A stretch of DNA of 64,000 nucleotides from Sulfolobales archaeon (GCA_038841535.1 JAWBTQ010000003.1:32001-96000), one strand, 5' to 3'. Shown: positions 40,528-51,144, numbered from the stretch's first letter. Notes: generated by a model from the sequence alone, not told the origin. Translations and numbers: made by a program.

Positions 40528-41385
40528 TTATTCGGTATTGGCCGAGGATCTACCGATGCTGTTAAGAACATTGAATAGGTTGTTTACCATTACATCAAAT
40601 GACTTCGAGATTGGAGAATCAGGTTTATCTATGATCAGAATTCTCCCAGTTTTCACATACTCCGGTAGTTCTAGGTCTACGGGAATCTTTGCTAGTATTG
40701 GTATCTTATACTTCGATGATAGTGCTTCAACCACTGAGTCGCCGAAGATATTGTACTTAGTGCTTGTCCCGGGACAGTAGAAGTAGCTCATATTCTCGAT
40801 GAGTCCAATAGGCTTAATCCCAACTAGTTTAGCAAAGTTAATTGCTCTTGTTACAACGTTTTTAGCTATATCAGATGGTATCGTAACGATCAATGAGCCA
40901 TCTATGTACTTGACTGTTTGTGCTAAAGTTAAAGCTTCATCACCTGTTCCGGGAGGCATATCTATTACTAAAAAGTCTAAATTACCCCAACTTACTTCTG
41001 TTAATAGTTGAATAATCGCGCTAGACTTTAGAGGACCTCTCCAAATAACTGGAGTTTCATCGTCTGGAGCCAGAAACGCTAAGGACATTACCTTAATTCC
41101 TAGAGGTCCTTCAACAGGTTCTATTCCTCCAAGAGTTAAGCTAGGTCGCTTATTTCTTAAACCAAGAAATAAGTGAGAAGATGGACCATGAAAATCCAGG
41201 TCTAACAAACCCACTTTCAAACCATTTTTAGCTAGAGCTACGGCCATGTAAGAAGCTATCAAGGACTTTCCAACACCACCTTTACCACTCATTACTGAGA
41301 TCTTATAATTTATTTGTTCAAGGACCTCCCGAACTTTCTTATCTATGATATCTCGTGGGTTTAGTGTTGGTAAGTTAACTCTTAT
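40528..41385 (-). CDS. Mrp/NBP35 Fe-S cluster carrier ATPase (inferred ATA start)
   Basis: SGKGGVGKS, DLDFHGPS, WRGP, DMPPGTGD, ENMS; in-frame beta-1 strand YKISV lies upstream of the track's ATG. Confidence 0.92.
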   Translation of the reverse strand: MRVNLPTLNPRDIIDKKVREVLEQINYKISVMSGKGGVGKSLIASYMAVALAKNGLKVGLLDLDFHGPSSHLFLGLRNKRPSLTLGGIEPVEGPLGIKVMSLAFLAPDDETPVIWRGPLKSSAIIQLLTEVSWGNLDFLVIDMPPGTGDEALTLAQTVKYIDGSLIVTIPSDIAKNVVTRAINFAKLVGIKPIGLIENMSYFYCPGTSTKYNIFGDSVVEALSSKYKIPILAKIPVDLELPEYVKTGRILIIDKPDSPISKSFDVMVNNLFNVLNSIGRSSANTE

Positions 41386-41386
41386 T

Positions 41387-42100
41387 TCAACTCACCTTTC
41401 TAATATCAACTAATTCTAAAGAGAATCTATAGTTGTTAATAGTTACATCAGCTTGCACGGGGATGTAGCCAAAGTCTATTAACCTCAGTGCCGCTACCTC
41501 AATATACTTAGTTTCACCATCTATAGCTCTATAGTACCTATACACCTGAGAAACAGTTTTCACTTCACCAAGAGCTTTTGAGCTTATTACTCTCTCCTCG
41601 AGGCTCGACACAGTTAAATTAGTCCATGTAGTCCTTATCTGAGAATTAAAGAAGACGTCATCTATATTCTCAGACTTGAAGGCCAGGCCAAGTACTTCGG
41701 CTACAGCATATAGCGGACCCTGATTGGCGTATATAATCGATGTGAACATAGTTCTACGCGATTCATTCGATGTCGTGACCTCCTTACTTATGTAGATATA
41801 GACATAGTCAAGTGTACCTAATACAAAGGTGCTAGATGGAATATTTCCTCTAACCTTATAGACCAGGATTATAGACTCATTAATAGCTCTATTTTCACTA
41901 ACAAAGTTCCTTAACACTCCCAATGGGTCTTCTTTTTTGGTTTCAGCACCTGGTGGAGGCTGAGCAGCCATGATGATGTTATACACTAAAATACCAGAGA
42001 CTATTAGGATTATCCCTAGGACTATCAGGTCATATCTTATCTTTCTGTACTTCCTCCTAGTTATCTGCTTACCTACTTGCTTTCTCTTCCTCTGGCTCAC
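41387..42100 (-). CDS. Hypothetical single-pass membrane protein (start GTG 42100)
   Basis: GGAGGT SD; basic N-terminus, one TM helix, extracellular part with N-X-S/T sequons. Confidence 0.7.
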   Translation of the reverse strand: MSQRKRKQVGKQITRRKYRKIRYDLIVLGIILIVSGILVYNIIMAAQPPPGAETKKEDPLGVLRNFVSENRAINESIILVYKVRGNIPSSTFVLGTLDYVYIYISKEVTTSNESRRTMFTSIIYANQGPLYAVAEVLGLAFKSENIDDVFFNSQIRTTWTNLTVSSLEERVISSKALGEVKTVSQVYRYYRAIDGETKYIEVAALRLIDFGYIPVQADVTINNYRFSLELVDIRKVS

Positions 42101-42169
42101 CGCATACCTCCAACAGATATCCTGTCTCGTAAAATAAGTTCCGATTAGAATATGCAAAGATGAATGTGA

Positions 42170-43564
42170 TCATACAGATACTCTTCTGATTCTAATGACT
42201 TCCTCATACTCCTCTACTAGACCGTAAACTAAGACTGCTATATCTCCAGCCCTAAGCATACCGCCTGAGATCAAGAATTCATAGAGCTTCTCAAGTCCCT
42301 CAGAATATGAGCTAGCTTCAATTACGTATGTAGAAAGTCCCCACATTATCGAGAGCTTTCTAGCGACTTCAGGTTTAGGTACACCAACGTATACAGGTAC
42401 TCTAGGCCTCATAATGGAAGCTCTTTTTGCTGTAACACCTCTCATGCTATAGATGGCTATGGCGGCACCAAGATCTTCAGCGAGCTCAATGACACCTCTA
42501 ACGAACCTAGTCCGAAGGTCTATGGCTGGCCTTTCTTGAGTTAGAGACAACCCGGCTTCAGCAACTTTTATTATCTTATTCAACCACCGGATTACCTCTA
42601 CCGGGTATTTACCGACGGCCGTTTCTCCAGTTACCATTAACGCATCTACACCGCTCTGAACGGCCTCGTAGACGTCGACAACTTCAGCTCTCGTGGGAAC
42701 CGGGTTATCTATCATAGACTCTAGAAGCTGTGTAGCAACTATAACAGGTTTTCCATACTCTCTGCTTTTCCTTACTATCCTTTTTTGTAGGGAAGGGACT
42801 TCTTCGAGACCCAAATTCATACCAAGGTCTCCGCGAGCTACTACGACTCCATCAGACTCATCGATGATCGAATCTAGATTCTTTAAGGCACTGAGGGTTT
42901 CTATCTTTACGAGGACGCTGGATCCGCAGTTTAGCTTTTCAAGTAATTTTCTGACGTATAAAACATCTGTAGAACTTCTAACGTAGCTTAGTCCGACATA
43001 ATCAAATCCCTCTGAACACGCGAACTTCAAGTCGTCCATGTCTTTTTTGCTTAGAATAGGTAAATCGAATTCTTTGCCCTTCACAATAAGTGCCTTCCTA
43101 GACGATAGTACAGAGTCTGTTTGAGCAACTGCGTTGAAGTAGCTATCACCGACTTCTATAACACTAAACGATACTCTCCCATCGTTCATAAGCACGACAT
43201 CACCCTCCGAGACCTCTTCAATTACCTTCTTAGGTACGTCTATTGGTACTTCGATTACTTCCCTACTTTTTAGCATAGAGGAGCTCACCATCGAGAACCT
43301 AACGATAGACCCTTTTTTGACATCAATATTCTCACTGAGTTTACCTAATCTAAGTGAAGGACCCATTAAGTCCCCCACTAGCGCGATATACCTACCACTA
43401 CCTAACTCCGCCTCTCTAACTATGTCAACATAATTAGACCAAGAATCCCTATCTCCATGCGCAAAGTTTACTCTAAACCCGCTAATTCCGAGAGACACCA
43501 TCCTACCGACTATGTCGCTATCACTAGACGCAGGGCCTAGGGATGCCACTATCTTAACATTCAA
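42170..43564 (-). CDS. pyk: Pyruvate kinase
   Basis: KIVASLGP, RVNFAHG, KIE, ARGDLG, ATQLLESM, PTRAE, GETA.G. Confidence 0.97.
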   Translation of the reverse strand: MNVKIVASLGPASSDSDIVGRMVSLGISGFRVNFAHGDRDSWSNYVDIVREAELGSGRYIALVGDLMGPSLRLGKLSENIDVKKGSIVRFSMVSSSMLKSREVIEVPIDVPKKVIEEVSEGDVVLMNDGRVSFSVIEVGDSYFNAVAQTDSVLSSRKALIVKGKEFDLPILSKKDMDDLKFACSEGFDYVGLSYVRSSTDVLYVRKLLEKLNCGSSVLVKIETLSALKNLDSIIDESDGVVVARGDLGMNLGLEEVPSLQKRIVRKSREYGKPVIVATQLLESMIDNPVPTRAEVVDVYEAVQSGVDALMVTGETAVGKYPVEVIRWLNKIIKVAEAGLSLTQERPAIDLRTRFVRGVIELAEDLGAAIAIYSMRGVTAKRASIMRPRVPVYVGVPKPEVARKLSIMWGLSTYVIEASSYSEGLEKLYEFLISGGMLRAGDIAVLVYGLVEEYEEVIRIRRVSV

Positions 43565-43820
43565 GCTACCACCAAGCTTTATTGCATATTACTGTTAAGA
43601 GCAAACTCTCCTACTCTCGAAAACCTGTTTCAACTTTGGTAGAGCAAGGTAAGGAGGTGAAGGTACAAAGATATTCACAAGTACTTAGGTATCCATTAGA
43701 CCCAAACTCACTGTGTAGGTCCACTTATTACCTAACTCCGAGATCTACAGAATATTGAAGTTCAATTGCCCGAAGTAACGTAGTGATTCTCACTAACCAT
43801 AGCAGTAAGTTAAGCGGTGA

Positions 43821-44136
43821 CCGGTGCCGGCTATAACCCGCCTTCCGTACTACGGTAGCATTAGACTATGCGGCCTACCCGCACCTCGCACGGCAATTCA
43901 TCGGTGCTGCTCGGCCTTGCTCCCGGAGGGGCGGCCGTTTCAGCGCATCCACCCCCATACTCAGCGGGTTGCTGGCACCCCGTTACCGGAGTGCCCTCAC
44001 CACCTCATAGACATCTGGAGGCGGCCGTACCGTTTCTGTGCCGTTGCCGCGGGTCTCCCCGCGCTCCTTGCGGAGCCTCCGTGCCGTGTGGAGGGCGGTG
44101 TTTCCTCAGTTCCCCGTAGCTACCAGCCGGCTCCGG
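43821..44136 (-). ncRNA. rnpB: Ribonuclease P RNA
   Basis: Minus strand: GAGGAAACACCGCCC (CR I), GCAACGGCACAGAAAC, GCTGAAACGGC, GGAGCAAG, GAAGGCGGGTTAT (CR V); GC-rich, P1 ends pair. Confidence 0.92.
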
Positions 44137-44310
44137 CCACCGCTTAACTTACTGTTACAGAAGCTAAATACGTTGTTGTACTAATGCTCTCAAGGTTTAA
44201 AGTCTAGTAACAGGCTATAGCGTCGCGCCTAGAAAGACCGCAGGTCAGCTTCTTAGTGGGATCTTTATAGACCTTTATATAGCGCTCAGAAAGTTTCTTA
44301 GGTAGTAGCT

Positions 44311-45036
44311 GTGGCTCTCCCGTTGGTGTATTTACCTATAGCTAGAATAAACAACCCGGTTGTAATAGCTAGAGTAGATGGTATGAGCTTAGACCTGAGG
44401 GCAGAGATCATCCCCTTTAGAGGGGTTGATATAGTAGAACTTCCAGAACCGGTAGCTAAGTACGTCATCGAGTTTAAGAAGGAGTTGGAGAGAGTAGTTA
44501 ACCTCAGTTTTAAACTCGTTTGCAAGGGCCGCACTGACTACGATGCTCTTGCTTACGTTACTATAACCAACCAGATTCTACGCACTCTACTTTCCCATTT
44601 GAGAGAGGACGACTATGAAATAGCTTACTCTATAGACTACAGACTAGGTCTTTTGGACCACGTATTGGCACTTAGGCTTACCGACATAGTAAATTCACAT
44701 TACGCTTGGAGACGTGGAGAACCTCTAGTGGAGCTAGGAGATAAAATAGCGTTCAGAGTTAGAGCCATTAGAAAGGTAGCTAAACCCAATGAGCCGTTTC
44801 TAGAGGTAGACAGAGAGGCCTTAGTTCATGTAATCGGTAAATCCGCTATAGCTCTTGCTAAAGCTATCGTAGAGGGAGACTTCAGAAGGATCAGGAGAGT
44901 CATGGAGTTTATAAATGGGCTGTGGTACTCTATCTACAGTCTTAAAACCCCATGCGGAGAAGTCTTCTCTACGTACATACCGGGACTTGAGGAAGTGTAC
45001 TGCGTTGAGCTAGACTTCAATCCCAAAACCTCCTAG
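44311..45036 (+). CDS. Conserved-looking hypothetical protein (possibly divergent GHMP-kinase-like fold)
   Basis: 241-aa ORF with upstream TTTATAT box; no intact catalytic motif recognised. Confidence 0.6.
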   Translation: MALPLVYLPIARINNPVVIARVDGMSLDLRAEIIPFRGVDIVELPEPVAKYVIEFKKELERVVNLSFKLVCKGRTDYDALAYVTITNQILRTLLSHLREDDYEIAYSIDYRLGLLDHVLALRLTDIVNSHYAWRRGEPLVELGDKIAFRVRAIRKVAKPNEPFLEVDREALVHVIGKSAIALAKAIVEGDFRRIRRVMEFINGLWYSIYSLKTPCGEVFSTYIPGLEEVYCVELDFNPKTS

Positions 45037-47779
45037 TTCTGACAAATAGCTTCTCAAGCTCATAGAGCTTAACGTAAAAATCCTCACCCTCGTAGTGGAG
45101 AGCTTTCTTAGCTGTTTCTGGGCCAACACCGTGTGCTGCTAGAGCCTCAATGGCCTTTCTACCGTAATCTAAAACTAGGACGGCGCTATCCATGAGCTTC
45201 TCGAAGATCTCAATTTCCTCACTATTTAATTTGAACTTGTAAGCTTTACCTAGCTTAATGGCCTTTCTAGCAACTTTAACTATGTCTTCTGAAACAACCT
45301 TGCTTACCCCAATAAGCCCGTATCCACAAGTGCTACAGTTAATCTTACTCTCAAGGTCCCCTATCTTAGCTACCCAGCTGTGTCCGCAGTGCAAGCAGAC
45401 GAGTAAAACTTCCTTACCCAATATACGCCTCCGGACGATTTCCGCTATAATCTTCCTAGGAATAAAGCCTCCTCTGACTCTATCGTAGACCTTAGCGTCT
45501 TTAAGTCCCTCCGCGGCTAAGGGGGACAGCTTAGGCCCGGCTCTAAGTTCAACACGAGCTCTACCACTACTGATGTCCTTGATGAGCTCTACCACAACTC
45601 GAGCATCTACATACCGCATTAATCCTTCTCTCAACGCCTCCGAGCTAACTACTTCATCATTACGAAGCCCGGATATTATGGCCTTAGCGACCTTCGGATC
45701 GGCGTCATCAGGTATGAGGTTAAGTCTGCGACCAACGTTAAATAGCAGAAAATCAAAGAGTTTCGACTTCCTCATGCTATCAACCAACGCCTCCAGGGGT
45801 CTATCTACTTTTAGAGCTCCTAAGATGTTCCTAAAGACGCCATTTGAAGGCAGTCTATACGGTAGTTCAATGATTACCCGGTAAGGATCCACCTTGAACG
45901 CTGGATTAATTCCATACACGCGCTCGAGCTCTGAGAGAATAAGGTAGGCTAGACCACGGTTGCCCTTAGTGCCTAGACAGCTTACTACTACAAGGAGAGG
46001 TCTCTCACTATCAAGATACTCTACGACTACGCTTCTATCGGATGGTAGGGGGAAACCTCCGCGCTTGTGCTCTTCTATAACCCTCTCCACATAGCTTATT
46101 GCCTCCTTATTCATAAACGACGAGTACTGAGAAGGCAATTTGGCGGCTGTGACGGCAGTTCTTATAGCCCCACAAACTTCTCTAGCGACCTTGTAGTCTA
46201 CTGGTATGGTTTCTCCAGTCCAGGATGGTATCAGCGCTTCTTCTCCTACCACCTCCTCGACATAAACCTTGTGTGCGTCGGGATCTATAGCAATAACTTC
46301 CCACAGTCTTCCTCCAAGTACCAGCTTAGTTCTCTCTACTAAATCTACTACGAACTCTTCATCTAGGCTTCCCAAGTTTTTCCTAGATAGTGAGTCTACT
46401 ACGTCGTAAGAAGAAGTATCAACTATAGTTGTCGTAGTCATGTAGAATATCTTGCCTTTCGTTGTCGCACTGAGAACACCGCTCTCCTGGACTCTGAGGT
46501 AGCCGAATTCTACCGCCTTATCTACGACCTTCTTGAGCTCATCTAGTGTGAGCTCTGAATAGGGGTAAGACCTAGATAGAACTCTATAGGCCCTATCAAT
46601 ACTGTAGCCTCCCTCTAGTCCCATGCCTACGAGGGTGTGTATTAGGACATCGTAGGGTTTTTCGTAAGGCCTAGCTCTCTCGAAATCCCCAGATAGCGCT
46701 CTCCTAATTATGACTGCCGATTCTAGTATGTCATCTATGGTATCGTCACACACTATATAGCCTAGAGCCCTCCTTCCAGGGCCGTGGCAAGCCCTCCCAA
46801 CTCTCTGAACGAGTTTGAGGACCTGCCTAGGTGATGAAACCTGAATAACAGCTTCAACCGAACCTATATCTACTCCAAGCTCGAGGCTCGACGTGGCAAC
46901 AACGCAAGACAGCATTCCCTCTTTTAAAAGCTTCTCTGTTTCCTCACGCTCCTCTCTAGACAGACTACCGTGATGTACTTTGACCCCTAGGTTTAGTTCA
47001 CTCAGCTTTCTACCGATTAACTCAGCATCATCTCTAGTATTAGTAAAGACGATAGATGTTCTGTGCCCCTTGACTATATCTGCGATAGTTCTAACTTTTT
47101 CTGACTTGTCTACGGAGTAGTACCCAGAAAGCAAGTATATCTCCATCTCACGCACGCCCTCGACTATAGCTTCATCCACCTGCTTTCCATAAGCAAGAAA
47201 CTTCTTGGCGGTCTCGATGTCTCCTATGCTAGCAGAGATACCTATTCTCTGGAAGTTACCGGCTATTTCTGCGAGTCTCTCGAGATTTGCCGATACCTGG
47301 GAACCTCTCTTACTTTCAAGTAGCTCATGTAGCTCGTCTACTACAACCCATCTAACGCTCTTTAATGCATCCCGAAGCTTGCGGTTCACCAGTATATAGG
47401 AAAAAGTTTCAGGTGTTGTAACCAATATGTGCGGTGGTCTTAGGGCTATAAGCCTCCTCACTGAGGACGATGTATCGCCGTGTCTTACTGATACTTCTAT
47501 GCCTAGCTTAAGAGAAATGTTTCTTACTCTCTTCATGATATCTCTATTAAGGGCTCTGAGTGGGGTAATGTAGAGTACGGCTGTTCGCTTAAGGTACTCT
47601 CTTCTAAGTATCTCTGATAGAATTGGAAAGAGCGCTGCCTCGGTTTTTCCCGAGCCTGTGGGGGCCACTATAAGTACATGCCTTCCCGACAGGATTTTAG
47701 GGATAGCGAGTTCTTGTATTGGAGTTAAAATGGTGTAGCCTTCGCTAAGCACTACGTTCCTCACTCTCTCATCGAGCAT
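45017..47779 (-). CDS. lhr: Lhr-family SF2 DNA helicase
   Basis: APTGSGKT, TPLRALNRD, RHGDT, DELHEL, TSSLELGVD, QRVGR, PSW.GE, C-terminal Zn finger. Confidence 0.95.
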   Translation of the reverse strand: MLDERVRNVVLSEGYTILTPIQELAIPKILSGRHVLIVAPTGSGKTEAALFPILSEILRREYLKRTAVLYITPLRALNRDIMKRVRNISLKLGIEVSVRHGDTSSSVRRLIALRPPHILVTTPETFSYILVNRKLRDALKSVRWVVVDELHELLESKRGSQVSANLERLAEIAGNFQRIGISASIGDIETAKKFLAYGKQVDEAIVEGVREMEIYLLSGYYSVDKSEKVRTIADIVKGHRTSIVFTNTRDDAELIGRKLSELNLGVKVHHGSLSREEREETEKLLKEGMLSCVVATSSLELGVDIGSVEAVIQVSSPRQVLKLVQRVGRACHGPGRRALGYIVCDDTIDDILESAVIIRRALSGDFERARPYEKPYDVLIHTLVGMGLEGGYSIDRAYRVLSRSYPYSELTLDELKKVVDKAVEFGYLRVQESGVLSATTKGKIFYMTTTTIVDTSSYDVVDSLSRKNLGSLDEEFVVDLVERTKLVLGGRLWEVIAIDPDAHKVYVEEVVGEEALIPSWTGETIPVDYKVAREVCGAIRTAVTAAKLPSQYSSFMNKEAISYVERVIEEHKRGGFPLPSDRSVVVEYLDSERPLLVVVSCLGTKGNRGLAYLILSELERVYGINPAFKVDPYRVIIELPYRLPSNGVFRNILGALKVDRPLEALVDSMRKSKLFDFLLFNVGRRLNLIPDDADPKVAKAIISGLRNDEVVSSEALREGLMRYVDARVVVELIKDISSGRARVELRAGPKLSPLAAEGLKDAKVYDRVRGGFIPRKIIAEIVRRRILGKEVLLVCLHCGHSWVAKIGDLESKINCSTCGYGLIGVSKVVSEDIVKVARKAIKLGKAYKFKLNSEEIEIFEKLMDSAVLVLDYGRKAIEALAAHGVGPETAKKALHYEGEDFYVKLYELEKLFVRTRRFWD

Positions 47780-47893
47780 ATTTATAGGTTCCGTACTCGT
47801 GTCACCTTCCCATAACTAAGTATAGAGCGCGTACAGTAACTATAAACGTTATACTGCTCGGTAGATATAGAGTTTGGTGAAGTAGCTCTATGT

Positions 47894-49189
47894 TTATGGA
47901 ATGAGCCTCCTCTTGTCCCTTGGGAAAGCAGTAAGCTCTCTAACGTTTTTAGCACCAGTCAGCATGAGGCCGAGCCTTGCCAGCCCCATACCCCACCCTG
48001 CGTGAGGAGGCATCCCGAAGTCAAACCACCTTAAGAAGAAATCGAAGTTCTCAGGGTTTAGTCCACGCTCTTCTAACCTCTTAACTAATAGGTCTCTTTC
48101 ATGCACTCTAGTGCTCCCAGACGCTATTTCAAGGTAATTCCAGACGAAGTCGAAGGACTCGCTAAACACACCGTCGTTTTTGGGCATAGTGTAGAATGGC
48201 CTAGTCTTGTCCGGCCAATCCACTATGAAGTATACGTCTTCCTCTATTAACTCAGATAATTTTCTCAGTTGAGGCGTAGATAGGTCTTCACCTAGACTCA
48301 CTTTTTCTCCACTTTCAGCCAGGATCCTTAGTGCGTCTATATAAGAGATTCTCTTAACCGGCAATTTAAGCTCCGGGGGTTCGTAGCCAAGCACCTGGAG
48401 TTCCCTAGTAGCAACCTCCCTAACCTCCTTAACCACTCTTGCTACAACTCTTTCAAGAACGTTCATAGCGCCCTCGTAGTTCGTAAAGGCCATCTCCATA
48501 TCTACCGACACGAACTCTGAAAGATGGTAGGGAGTATCTGACTCCTCAGCTCTCCACGCTGGGGCGATTTCGAAAACCCTCTCAAAAGCTCCTGCTAGTA
48601 GCTCTTTATACAACTGCGGACTTTGTGCTAAGTATGCTTCACGACCAAAGTAGGCAACTGGAAAGAGTGACGCACCTCCCTCTGTAGCAGCTGCCACTAT
48701 CTTAGGGGTAAAAACCTCTATGAAACCCATACTGTAGAGCTCCTCTCTAATGGCTCTTAATGCTACAGACAGTACCTTGAATATGGCCCTACCCTCATCT
48801 CTCCTTAAATCGAGAATTCTCTCTCTAAACCTGGTGTCGATGTCTGCTGGAACTTTACCGCTAACGTCCAGTGGTAGGGGGGCCTTAGCTACGCTGTGTA
48901 CTACTATACTACTCGGTACTATCTCGTATCCACCAGGTGCTCTGGGATCTGCTCTCACTCTACCCGCAACCGATATAGTTGACTCCAGCGTGAGCTTGTA
49001 GAACATTTCTGCTAGTTCTCTCTGCTCTTTACTTATGACTACCTGTATAACGCCATCCTTATCTCTTACTAGTAGAAACTTCTTACCCCCCAGATCCCTC
49101 TTTGCGTGAACCCATCCGGCAATAACGACGCCGGCTTCGTTTAACTGGGGGCTGAGTTCGGAGGAAAGATGTGTCCTATACCTACTCAG
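47894..49189 (-). CDS. aspS: Aspartyl-tRNA synthetase, non-discriminating type (inferred CTG start)
   Basis: OB fold YRTH...AGWVH..RDLGG in frame upstream of the track's ATG; LAQSPQLYK, PPHAGWGMG; His in GWVH and Pro in RAPGG are the non-discriminating determinants. Confidence 0.95.
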   Translation of the reverse strand: MSRYRTHLSSELSPQLNEAGVVIAGWVHAKRDLGGKKFLLVRDKDGVIQVVISKEQRELAEMFYKLTLESTISVAGRVRADPRAPGGYEIVPSSIVVHSVAKAPLPLDVSGKVPADIDTRFRERILDLRRDEGRAIFKVLSVALRAIREELYSMGFIEVFTPKIVAAATEGGASLFPVAYFGREAYLAQSPQLYKELLAGAFERVFEIAPAWRAEESDTPYHLSEFVSVDMEMAFTNYEGAMNVLERVVARVVKEVREVATRELQVLGYEPPELKLPVKRISYIDALRILAESGEKVSLGEDLSTPQLRKLSELIEEDVYFIVDWPDKTRPFYTMPKNDGVFSESFDFVWNYLEIASGSTRVHERDLLVKRLEERGLNPENFDFFLRWFDFGMPPHAGWGMGLARLGLMLTGAKNVRELTAFPRDKRRLIP

Positions 49190-49707
49190 CTCTCCATCAC
49201 CCTAATTCTCACGTTTGCCCCAACTATTTGCGATAAAAGGTGCTCTACGTCTTCTTGGGACGCAGGTAGGTGCTTTAAATCAGACCTAGGTATCCTTACT
49301 ACGTACTCCATTGAGCCATCTGGAAGCCAGAGTGTGTTAACACCCAATACCCTAGCTGGCTGTATGATACTTCTCACTAAGTCTTTAGTATTAGTGCTTT
49401 TAGTGTCTATTATCCTCACTCGAGTTTTGAACTGGCTCTCTAAATGCTTTGCTAACTTTAGGAGGGATCTGTAGTCTATATTAGCAGGCGGTATGCTGAG
49501 CTGTACTACTAGAATATTCCCAAGGTTTACGGATTTAACGTATTCAGAATCCCGCAGAAATCTATAGTCCGGAGAAGCCTCTGCTTTAAGAAGAGACTTC
49601 ATTACCTCCAGATCCAGCTCCGTAACAGCACCACTTCTAACTAGCGCCTCACATCTAGGACACAGCACTCCAGACCTTACGCAGAGCTGGTCTAAAGGTA
49701 TTTTCAA
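49186..49707 (-). CDS. NusA-like KH-domain transcription factor (second archaeal paralogue)
   Basis: KIPLD..CV.SG.LCPRC, PARVLGVN..WLPDG. Confidence 0.85.
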   Translation of the reverse strand: MKIPLDQLCVRSGVLCPRCEALVRSGAVTELDLEVMKSLLKAEASPDYRFLRDSEYVKSVNLGNILVVQLSIPPANIDYRSLLKLAKHLESQFKTRVRIIDTKSTNTKDLVRSIIQPARVLGVNTLWLPDGSMEYVVRIPRSDLKHLPASQEDVEHLLSQIVGANVRIRVMES

Positions 49708-49790
49708 TTTCTACCATCTCTGCGATTTTATCCGTTACATATTCTGACTTAAACTTTTAAGTGTAATCTCTCCAATAGCTGGGGTAGTCA

Positions 49791-49958
49791 ATGCCGATCA
49801 CAGATCCAGCACTGCTCAAGATAGTTGAAAGCAGGGTACTGAACAAATTAGTGTGTAGAAAGTGTGGAGCCAAAAACCCAGTTGGGGCAACTAAGTGTAG
49901 GAAATGCAGGAGTCGAAACCTTAGACCCAAGAAGAAGAAGATCGGAGTAAAGAAGTAA
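49791..49958 (+). CDS. rpl40e: 50S ribosomal protein L40e (55 aa; below ORF-track cutoff)
   Basis: MPITDP...[27 protein letters not shown]. Confidence 0.96.
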   Translation: MPITDPALLKIVESRVLNKLVCRKCGAKNPVGATKCRKCRSRNLRPKKKKIGVKK

Positions 49959-50205
49959 TAAGTCAATCTCAGTACTGCTTTTAGTTACTCACTAAAGTTA
50001 TCGCAAAGGCGATGGTATATGTCCTCTACTTACTCCGAAGCATAACTTAGTTAAAACTAGGAAGCTCTCCCTGCGAGTGATAGGTATAGCTGTGTTGTGT
50101 TTCTGTGCGGGGTGGAGTGAGTAGTTAAACTAGCTTTGTGTGGGTATATGCATGAGTTGAGCTCCTCTTATAAGCTCTACGTTTAAAGTACACCTAGGTG
50201 AGAAC

Positions 50206-50760
50206 GTGTTTTCAAATAGGGCGTTAAGTAAGATGATTAGCGTGCTGCGGACTAAAGGAGTTGATGGTGTTATAATTGGTAGTACCTCGATAGAGCTAGC
50301 TCTCAGGAGAGATAGTTTTGAGGGAGATATAGATCTGCTCGTGACTTCAGCGTCCGTGCTAGTAAATTATGGGGTACTGGAGGAATTGGCTAGAAGTCAT
50401 GGCTGTACGCTGGGGTCTACATGGCTCGGCACTCCAAGTATTACTTGCTTTATTGATGGTGAGGAAGTCACGGCAGACCTTTACGAAAATCTGCATGACT
50501 TCTACATACCTGACGAAATAGTGGAGAATGCTGTAGAGTACCAGGTTCTTGGAATTAAGGTAAGAGCTATAAAGCCAGAGGACTATGTAGTCCTTAAAGC
50601 TGTTGCTGGAAGGAACGAGGATCTAGAAGCATTAAGAAAGATCGGGGAGGCTATAAGAAGGCGGGAACTCAAGATAGATAGAAGGCTTGTAGAACTAAGG
50701 GTGGAACTCTTTAGTGAGAGGCGGTCTATACTTAGGAGGTTAAGCGAATACCTGTGGTAG
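50206..50760 (+). CDS. Pol-beta-superfamily nucleotidyltransferase
   Basis: VIIGS...GDIDL, LKA.AGR.ED. Confidence 0.8.
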   Translation: MFSNRALSKMISVLRTKGVDGVIIGSTSIELALRRDSFEGDIDLLVTSASVLVNYGVLEELARSHGCTLGSTWLGTPSITCFIDGEEVTADLYENLHDFYIPDEIVENAVEYQVLGIKVRAIKPEDYVVLKAVAGRNEDLEALRKIGEAIRRRELKIDRRLVELRVELFSERRSILRRLSEYLW

Positions 50761-51144
50761 ATATCTCTCTAGTGTTTACGGATTGCATCACTATAAAGCG
50801 CCGACGAATGCCTTTAGTAGGGAGGTAACTGCTAGTGCCTAATGATGGAAAACTTTTAGAGGATTTTCTCGAAATAGTAATCTGGGGTGGGAGGCTTCTC
50901 AAATGCTATTACACTGGGTGATCGACATAAAGGATCTATATTCCTTACTTCCTTCAGTTTTTTCAATAAATGAAGCAACTAGCTTCGGACGGTAGAGGCT
51001 AACTTAATATATGTCCCTTAACTTCTTTGATACAATATTTCATTTAATCTTTGATATAAAATTCAAATAACTCCCTAATCTTGATCTGAAGTAATTATGT
51101 AAAGTTTAATAATGTCGTAGGTCATTCGACAACGGTGAAAATAC

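Noticed and set aside
43824-44147. Two GC-rich plus-strand ORFs
   Set aside because: Antisense to RNase P RNA
50206-50760. MNT-HEPN toxin-antitoxin pair
   Set aside because: No adjacent HEPN gene, and the protein is longer than a minimal nucleotidyltransferase
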